Origin: Eledone cirrhosa
Taxonomy: Eukaryota
Length of the DNA: 64,000 nucleotides
Assembly: GCA_964016885.1 (NCBI GenBank)
Contig: OZ024740.1
Span: 11,160,001 to 11,224,000 of the forward strand
Reading direction: 5' to 3'
Part shown: one piece after another, positions 45,781 through 55,961 of the stretch
Position numbering within the stretch: the first letter of the stretch is position 1
How the letters are laid out: each line of letters starts with the position of its first letter
Notes under the pieces: model-generated
Databases searched by the model: none
What the model was told of the DNA's origin: nothing
What the model saw: only the letters and a program-made list of their open reading frames with translations
Made by a program: the position numbers and the translations under genes

Positions 45781-45945
45781 TCACTGCTGTTTTAGATAAA
45801 TATAAATATTTTAAGATATACAGCTTTGTATCATAACACTAGAGACAGTTCAAGTGGTTTAGCATTTAAAGGGTTAAACATGCCGTGGAGCTTAGGAACT
45901 CCTTTATTTTATTTATATAGTCAACAGAAAAGCACAAAATGACTG

Positions 45946-46227
45946 TAGGGTTCAATTTAAACCTTGGGTGGGCCAGGGCACTTAAGGTGGGGGGGGTACC
46001 TCATACCTACCCCCAAAATTAGAATACGCCCCCCCCCCCCCCACACACACAATATTACATATCAAAGTTAACTTGGGACAAGTAACTGGAATTGAAAAGT
46101 TATATATACAGGTATTAAATTGAAAGATTCTAACCATCCTATAACTAAAAAGTCCAGCTGAGGGCACAAATACATTGCAGGGGGACCGGGGCAATTGCCC
46201 TTTTTGTCCCCCATTAAATCCACCCTG
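45946..46227. mobile_element. Non-autonomous hAT-type DNA transposon (MITE), 282 bp
   Basis: 8-bp target-site duplication AATGACTG at 45938-45945 and 46228-46235. Imperfect terminal inverted repeats TAGGGTTCAATTTAA and TTAAATCCACCCTG. An 8-bp TSD with YAGGG termini is typical of hAT. Confidence 0.8.
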
Positions 46228-46440
46228 AATGACTGCCATGTCTAGCAGTACCGTAGCTGGATGATTCTACTCTAGAAGATTCTGTGGAATTGCTAAGGGA
46301 GGTAACTCTGACTAACTACAACATATTTGATTATACATTTAACTCGATAAAAGAGCCAAGTTGACCATGGCAGGATTTATCAGCCGTACTAAGAGTGAGA
46401 AATGAAATTTCATTTTTTCCATTTATCTATATATATATAT

Positions 46441-46581
46441 AATGAAGTAGTTGTGGTAAGGAATCAGATGGACCATAACGCACCAGAGTACTCAATACTT
46501 AGGGTAGTTGAGTGGGTAATAGGAAAATGTATGACCCCGTCGAAACGGCTTGAGCTCTGCCGTCGGGGTCATACATTTTCT
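46441..46581. mobile_element. Short fold-back fragment between (TA)n tracts, probable Penelope-type terminal-repeat remnant
   Basis: 17-bp perfect inverted repeat GAAAATGTATGACCCCG (46523-46539) and CGGGGTCATACATTTTC (46564-46580), enclosing GAAACGGC-loop-GCCGTC, which resembles hammerhead stem III plus a GUC site. Confidence 0.45.
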
Positions 46582-46843
46582 TATATATATATATATATAT
46601 ATATACATACATATATATATATATACACATACATATATATATATATATATACACATACATATATATATATATATACACATACATATATATATATACACAT
46701 ATATATATACATATATATGTAGGAGGTGAGTTTTATTGTAGTACAATAAAGCAATACAGATATCGGATAAGAAGCACTCTACAGTTTGTAGGACTGGAGT
46801 ATACATAATATAAGATCAAAAGATGGTTAAAGGAGTTCCATAT

Positions 46844-46912
46844 ATTTTATTATGCGCATTTCAAAAACAAACATCATCAAGCAATAATATTTGTGTTTTC
46901 ATCAGATAAAAC
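46844..46912 (-). ncRNA. Mirror copy of the same hammerhead ribozyme motif on the minus strand
   Basis: Reverse complement of 47033-47101 within the palindrome. This copy keeps a longer downstream tail reaching about 46719. Confidence 0.76.
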
Positions 46913-47032
46913 AGGAGAACATGATATGAAGGCTAAAAAACACTTGTGGATAGTGCAGTTTTAAATCAACATATGTTGATTTAAAACTGCACTATCCACA
47001 AGTGTTTTTTAGCCTTCATATCATGTTCTCCT

Positions 47033-47101
47033 GTTTTATCTGATGAAAACACAAATATTATTGCTTGATGATGTTTGTTTTTGAAATGCGCATAATAAAA
47101 T
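47033..47101 (+). ncRNA. Type I hammerhead ribozyme motif (Penelope/retrozyme type)
   Basis: Stem I GTTTTAT(47033-39)/ATAAAAT(47095-101); core CTGATGA 47040-46; 16-bp stem II 47047-82 with three G-U pairs and one mismatch; GAAA 47083-86; palindromic stem III TGCGCA; UH site TA 47093-94. Confidence 0.78.
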
Positions 47102-47154
47102 ATATGGAACTCCTGTAACCATCTTTTGATCTTATATTATATATACATATATAC

Positions 47155-47187
<33 letters not shown>

Positions 47188-47254
47188 CATATATATATAC
47201 ACATATATATACACATATATATATACATATATATATATACACATATATATATAC

Positions 47255-47285
<31 letters not shown>

Positions 47286-47286
47286 C

Positions 47287-47335
<49 letters not shown>

Positions 47336-47606
47336 CATATATGCAGATCAGAGCAAACAGCAAGGACACTCTATCTCAAAATTATTTTTGAAAAGCATTT
47401 AGAAATGCGCAACCGGTAAAAACTTAAAAACTTAAAACCACAACTGAATACTAACCCATACAATCACTAATACTCTTTTATTCCTAATTAAACCATTTTT
47501 CAACTGTGAACAATTTGTCAGCATTTTCTATTCCGTTTACCAACATATATATATATATATATACATATATATATACATACATATATTTATACATACATAT
47601 ATATAT

Positions 47607-47944
47607 TCATCATCATCATCATTTGACGTCCACTTTTCCCTGCTTGCAAGGGTGGGACGGGAACTGATTCTGGCTTGATTTCTACAGCTGGATGCCCTTC
47701 CTAACACCAACCTCATTTACAGTGAGTGCTGGGTGCTTTTTTACCGTGGCACCTCCACGACCACTTTTCAGTGGAATGATAGGGACCCCAGTCCCTATCA
47801 TCTCATTTCTACAGCTGAGTAAACTGGAGCAATGTGAAATAAAGTGTCTTGCTCAAGGAAACAACACATCACCCGGTCTGAGAATTGAACTCACAACCCT
47901 TCGATTGCAAGGCCAATGCTCTAACCACTAAGCCATGTGCCTCC
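47607..47944 (-). mobile_element. tRNA-derived CORE-type SINE with RTE-like 3' tail and (GAT)n end
   Basis: On the minus strand: A box TGGCTTAGTGG (47935-47925), B box GAGTTCAATTC (47892-47882), and CCTTGAGCAAGACACTT...CAGTTTACTCAGCTGTAGAAATG resembling the MIR CORE domain. The tail is similar to the RTE 3' UTR at 55451-55640. Flanked by (TA)n on both sides. Confidence 0.85.
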
Positions 47945-48063
47945 ATATACATACATATATACATACATATATATATACATACATATATATATAAATATAT
48001 ATATACATACATATATATATAAATATATATATACATACATATATATATACATACATATATATA

Positions 48064-48667
48064 TGATGGCTGCCAACTCGTTTTCGAGTACGGCCACTAC
48101 TTTATATCCATGTAGGAGAACCCCTACCGATGCGCTGAGTGTGACTTTTTAGTCCAGCCAGCGACTTGAAAACTCTGGTACAAACACTACACCTGTGACA
48201 ATTATTGACACATAGTGCTGGGCCCATGGTACCATGTGACGACAAGTGCAAAGAGATCTCCAGAGATAAAGCAATGCCTGTGCCGTGAAGCTTTTATAGT
48301 GAGCAAAGGCACTGCACAAAGCCAGTCCCACTCTCTTAACTGAGATGATATTTACCAAAAAGAAGAACAAGTCAACATCATTGGATACCATCAGAGTTAC
48401 AGGTGTTATATCAGAGTTTTCCTTCTCCTAGAATTCTGCCTTGACAAAGGCTAAGGGGTCATCTCTCCCGGTGATTTTGGATGGCCATTGACTCTTAAGA
48501 GCTCCTTTGCCCTTTGACAGGTTTTGTTTTTAGTCCTGCAGGATGTCCAAAGTCACCCTCCTCACCAAGAAACCTTGGTGGGGTTGCCAGTTTAGTCGCC
48601 AACGACCCGACCATGAGACAGGTTGTTCTGGGATACATGTTACCAGTAGCACCAAGTGGTGACCTGA

Positions 48668-48668
<1 letters not shown>
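48064..48668 (-). mobile_element. Probable degenerate retroelement fragment (possibly an RTE-type 5' UTR) between (TA)n tracts
   Basis: GC-richer island with GTTTTCCTTCTCCTAG...CAAAGGCTAAG, which I recall from RTE 5' regions (unverified). Hairpin CACCAAG-AAAC-CTTGGTG near 48563-48580. No credible ORF. Confidence 0.35.
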
Positions 48669-48921
<253 letters not shown>

Positions 48922-50298
48922 TCCCTTGCCGTGAATTACCGTCCAATCTCACTCACCTCTCATATCATTAAGGTATTTGAGCGAGTGGTGAGATCGCGAA
49001 TGACCCACTTCCTTGAGAGTAACAATATGCTGAACTCCAACCAGCATGGATTCCGTAATGGAAGGGATTGCCTGACGCAACTACTGCATCACTTTGATGA
49101 CATTTTGAGAGCTTTGGGAGAGGGTTCCAACACTGATGTTATCTACCTTGATTTCAGCAAGGCCTTTGACAGGGTTGATCATAACATTCTACTGAGAAAG
49201 CTGTCCAATATTGGTGTCACTGGAAAGCTGCTGCAGTGGATCAAGAGCTTCCTGTCAAACAGAACCCAACATGTTGTAGTTGAGGGAGTCAAATCAAGCC
49301 CAGCCAAAGTCAGTAGTGGAGTCCCACAAGGCACTGTGTTGGGCCCACTTCTCTTCATCATCTATATTAATGACATCACTGACATCATCAAACACAGCAA
49401 CATTAAAATTTTCGCTGATGATTCCAAGCTCCAAAAGGTCATCAATGGCGTGGAGGACCGGATAAGCCTTCAGTCAGACCTACTGGCTGTTACCCAATGG
49501 GCAGAAAAGAACAACATGTTACTGAACGAAGACAAATTCGAACTGATCCACTTTGGAAAAGAGGATGCTCTGAAACTCCCGTACTCCCTTCCCTCCGGGG
49601 AAACTCTCGTGGCATCTAACAACATCAGAGACTTGGGAGTAACCGTGGACAGCAACATAAGCTGGACCACGCATATAAGCAGCAAAGTTGACATGGCCCG
49701 CAGAATGTGTTCCTGGATCCTCAGAACCTTCCAGTCGAGAGATTCCCGCACCATTATCCTTCTCTTCTCTACTTTCGCCCGACCACACCTTGAATACTGT
49801 TGTCCACTGTGGTCTCCCCACACGAAACAAAGTATCATGAAACTTGAAGCTCCTCAAAGGGCAATCACGAAAAAGATAGATGGCATGTCAGACCTTGACT
49901 ACTGGGGTCGATTGGAAAACCTGAAACTTTACTCACTCCAACGTCGCCGTGAGCGTTATATTATCTGCATGATGTGGAAAATGTTCCATCATCACTGCCC
50001 AAATGATGTTGGCATCGCCTTCAAGATACACCCAAGGCTTGGGCCCCGTGCTATCCGTCCCATTCAAAAATCTAAATCGCAACTCATAACAACAATACGG
50101 CACAATTATTTCACCTCAATCGGCCCTGCTCTCTTCAACATCACACCAGGACACGTCAAAACAGAAACTGACCACACAAAATTCAAGAAGTCTTTGGACA
50201 AATTCCTCCAAGTAATCCCGGACAAACCACCCACACCCGGATATGTCTCCGCAAACAGTAATTCTCTTCTCGAATGGGCCATGGTGCCCAAATCCTGA
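48922..50298 (+). pseudogene. Reverse transcriptase and C-terminal region of LINE ORF2 (endonuclease lost, frame otherwise open)
   Basis: Motifs [65 protein letters not shown]. Confidence 0.93.
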
Positions 50299-50373
50299 AT
50301 TGAAAGACTTCGCCAGGTGGTGCTATTAAGTTAGACATGGCCTGGGCCAATACTGGCCAAAACATTTCAAAGT
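48922..50373 (+). mobile_element. 5'-truncated CR1-group non-LTR retrotransposon (family A)
   Basis: RT reading frame followed by a short 3' UTR with a GGCCA/TGGCC stem-loop. Bounded by (TA)n at both ends. Confidence 0.9.
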
Positions 50374-50465
<92 letters not shown>

Positions 50466-50488
50466 CATATATTACCAACAAACACCAA

Positions 50489-51451
50489 ATGAAAAGTACA
50501 CACCTAAATGCCACCCACACTATACCCCAAAATACCAACTCTTCTAATATAAAGTATAGTAACTCTCAAAAAACTACCCATCATATAACTCTAATAAATG
50601 TTTATAATAAAACTCCTAATAAACAAGATAAAACACCTAAATCTACAAATCTAACTAAAAATGTGCGTGGTGAGATCATTAACATTAATCCTCCTAGTAA
50701 ACATCACGATACAACCTATAAAAATAATAAACAACATAGAAACCGTAATAGACGGGTTACTTGGTATAATGCTCCATTTAATTTACAAATTAAGGATAAT
50801 ACTGCTAAAAAATTTTTTTATATCCTAGAGAAAAACTTCCCGCCAAACCACAAATACCATCAAATCTTAAATAGGTCTACAGTTAAATTCTCATACTCAA
50901 CAACAAATAACATAAAACAAAATATAAGTGCCTATAATGCATATAAATGTAAGAATACCATAAGTATACCACCAATACATCAAACTAACCATAATATCTC
51001 CTCAAATACAGAATTAACGAAAGGTTGTAACTGTAGAAACAAAGCAAACTGCCCATTAAAAGGAAATTGTCTTGTTAACAACATAGTTTATAAATGTAAT
51101 GTTAAAACTAAAGATTCTATTTGCTCATATATAGGAGCTACTTCTAACAATTTTAAGGCAAGGTTTAATACCCACAAACATAGTTTTAAAAATGCTGCAC
51201 TGGCTAATACAACATCTCTAGCAGAAAAAATCAATAGTTATAAAAATAAGAATATAGAATATGATTTGACCTGGAGTGTGCTCAAAAGAGCCACCCCTTA
51301 TCAAAATAATAGAAATGAATGTAGATTATGTTCCCAAGAACTATTTGAAATAATGAAATCTAAGGATATCCTATTAAATAAACGACAGGAATTAATTATA
51401 TCGTGTAATCATAAACTAAGAAAAACATTTAAATATTATAAACCTAATTAA
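50489..51451 (+). CDS. Penelope-like element (Neptune-like) C-terminal ORF: Cys-rich linker plus GIY-YIG endonuclease, RT missing
   Basis: Motifs [33 protein letters not shown]...SYIGAT...[24 protein letters not shown]...CNH. The listed start Met is probably incidental to 5' truncation. Confidence 0.85.
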   Translation: MKSTHLNATHTIPQNTNSSNIKYSNSQKTTHHITLINVYNKTPNKQDKTPKSTNLTKNVRGEIININPPSKHHDTTYKNNKQHRNRNRRVTWYNAPFNLQIKDNTAKKFFYILEKNFPPNHKYHQILNRSTVKFSYSTTNNIKQNISAYNAYKCKNTISIPPIHQTNHNISSNTELTKGCNCRNKANCPLKGNCLVNNIVYKCNVKTKDSICSYIGATSNNFKARFNTHKHSFKNAALANTTSLAEKINSYKNKNIEYDLTWSVLKRATPYQNNRNECRLCSQELFEIMKSKDILLNKRQELIISCNHKLRKTFKYYKPN

Positions 51452-52350
51452 TAACATTATTTTAGAATTTAATATATAATTTAATTTAAATGTTAGTTAA
51501 CCTATAAATTTAATTTAATTAAAATTCTACTACAGATGAGATTATAAAATATTGTGTAATCATAAATTGTGAAAAACTTTTAAATATCACTAATATATAC
51601 TTCGTAAATTAATTTATAGATTAATTTTAATTTATTTAACCTTTTATTAAAATTCCTTTACAGATAAAATATAACAAAATATCGTGTATTCAATGACAGA
51701 GAAATAATTTTTAGTATTATAGACCTAATTAATGTACATTTTAGAAATATATTTATAATTTGGTTTTAAATTTGGTCAACCTAAAAATTTAATTTAATTG
51801 GCTTAAAATTAATATCCTAATACAGATGGATTGCAGAGTGTCATGTAATCATAGACTGAGATAGGTTTTGGATCTATACCTAGTTAATATATTCTTTGCA
51901 ATTTTTGAAACAATATGTATATGTATGTATATATATGTATATGTATATATATATATGTATATATATATATGTATATGTATATGTGTATGTATTAATTTTA
52001 ATTTTCTGTTTACCTATAATTATATTCTACTATAGATAAAATACAATTTCTGTTTTAATTATTATAAACCTAATTAACATATGCTATAGAAATTAATATA
52101 TAATTTTTAATTTAGTTAACCTATAATTTATATTCTACTACCGATGTAATACTTTATTTGTTTTTTCCCTATTACTAAATTCATTTCCTAATATTGATAC
52201 CATAACGTTAATAATTTTAATTTAGTTATACTATTATTAATACTCTACTACTATTTAACTTCAAAATTCCGCTTCAAATATTATAAACCTAAGTAGTATA
52301 CACCTTAGAAATCAATATATTAACTATCCTTAATTTAGTTAACCTATGGT
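51400..52350 (+). repeat. Diverged AT-rich tandem repeats (about 130-160 bp) overlapping the end of the GIY-YIG ORF
   Basis: TCGTGTAATCATAAA-like motif near 51401, 51552, 51682, 51841. TATAAACCTAATTAA and GTTAACCTATA...TTCTACTACAGAT motifs recur to about 52350. Confidence 0.7.
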
Positions 52351-52529
52351 TAATGGTATAATTATATTGAAATGCATAATTTTGCCTTCTTTCTTACATT
52401 TCCTAATACTGAAACTATGTAAACACATATTATGATCTAAATGCAGATTAATATTCTATGTTTCTTGAAACCTATATTTACTATAATCCCCCCCCCCCCT
52501 ACTATTATTATTTGTATTTGTAAGCGTGG

Positions 52530-54780
<2,251 letters not shown>

Positions 54781-55008
54781 ATAAACATACAGAGACATTA
54801 GCCTTGAATTTTTGTATTTACATACATCTTTTTGGCAGGCGTATGCATGTGAACATATATCTTTATGCATATCTGTGAACGAAGTTACTTATATGCATAT
54901 ATACACACACCTAACTGTATAAACTTTTTGTATTTTCATTGGTCAATTTGAACTCTGTTCCCAAACAGACCTGTAATTTTGAATTGTTGTTATTATCAAT
55001 AAATATAT

Positions 55009-55173
55009 TTCATTATTTCTGAAGACGGCATATATATGTGTTTGGTATGTATATTTAATTTTGATAGTTTGTATAATTTTGTATAATTTTGTATAATTTT
55101 GTACATAGATCTGTTGAATATGCATGCCAATTCTAATACATATATATCCTAGAAACGATCGTTAAATAATGAA
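55009..55173 (+). ncRNA. Type I hammerhead ribozyme motif with a very long stem II
   Basis: Stem I TTCATTATTT(55009-18)/AAATAATGAA(55164-73), 10 perfect bp; CTGAAGA 55019-25; 126-nt stem II region; GAAA 55152-55; palindromic stem III CGATCG; GUU cleavage triplet ending at 55163. Confidence 0.85.
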
Positions 55174-55370
55174 CTTTTTTTGCTTAGTATAAGGAACTGT
55201 TTCATTGTTTTATTCATTATTTTTTTAATATTTTATCTTGACTCTGTTTTCCGTTTATCTTTCACCGAAAGTGATTTTTCATTGCATCTCTTCTTTCCAT
55301 GATATCCGGATTACATTGAGTTCTTCATACGGATTGGACACTACCGTAAACTCTTGGTAGATTTATCTAC

Positions 55371-55452
<82 letters not shown>

Positions 55453-55559
55453 CATCATCATCATCATCATCATCAGGTTTAGCGTCCGTGTTCCACGCTT
55501 GCATGGGTTTGGACGGGGGTTTTCCCACATGAGGCAAGAGTGGTTGTCTTGCTCGCATA

Positions 55560-55791
55560 GGACTGTCTGGCGGGTTTTCTACAGTTGGATGCCCTTCCTA
55601 ACACCAACCACATTTACAGTGTGGGGCTGGGAGGTTTTTACCGTGTTGCCTACACGGCCACATTACAGCGTGGACTGTCTGGCGGGTTTTCTACAGCTGG
55701 ATGCCCTTCCTAACACCAACCACATTTACAGTGTGGGGCTGGGAGGTTTTTACCGTGTTGCCTACACGGCCACATTTACAGCGTGGACTGT
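55560..55791. repeat. 112-113-bp tandem duplication in the RTE 3' UTR
   Basis: GGACTGT starts at 55560, 55672 and 55785. The two full copies are nearly identical. Confidence 0.93.
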
Positions 55792-55961
55792 GTGTTTTTT
55801 GTCGTGACACCTACACGATCTCATTTGTTTCGGCCTGGATGTTGTGGGACCAACATAACTGTACATTGAAAGGGGCGGTGTGGATGGGGTGGAGGTGGTG
55901 GGACGGGGGGGGGGGGGTTGATAGAGATGCCTACTGACTGTAGTAGGTTTTTACTTTGTAT

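Larger units (their letters stand above)
46805..47140. repeat. Spacerless 336-bp palindrome (168-bp arms, one mismatch)
   Basis: Centre at 46972/46973 (AAATCAACAT|ATGTTGATTT). The only mismatch seen is 46830 versus 47115. Confidence 0.97.

Noticed and set aside
46345-46385. Possible old SINE fragment (AAAGAGCCAAGTTGACCATGGCAGGATTT)
   Set aside because: Too short and degenerate to support without an alignment.
47870-47944. Genuine tRNA gene
   Set aside because: The A and B boxes run into a CORE-like body and LINE-like tail, with no convincing acceptor stem. It is a SINE head.
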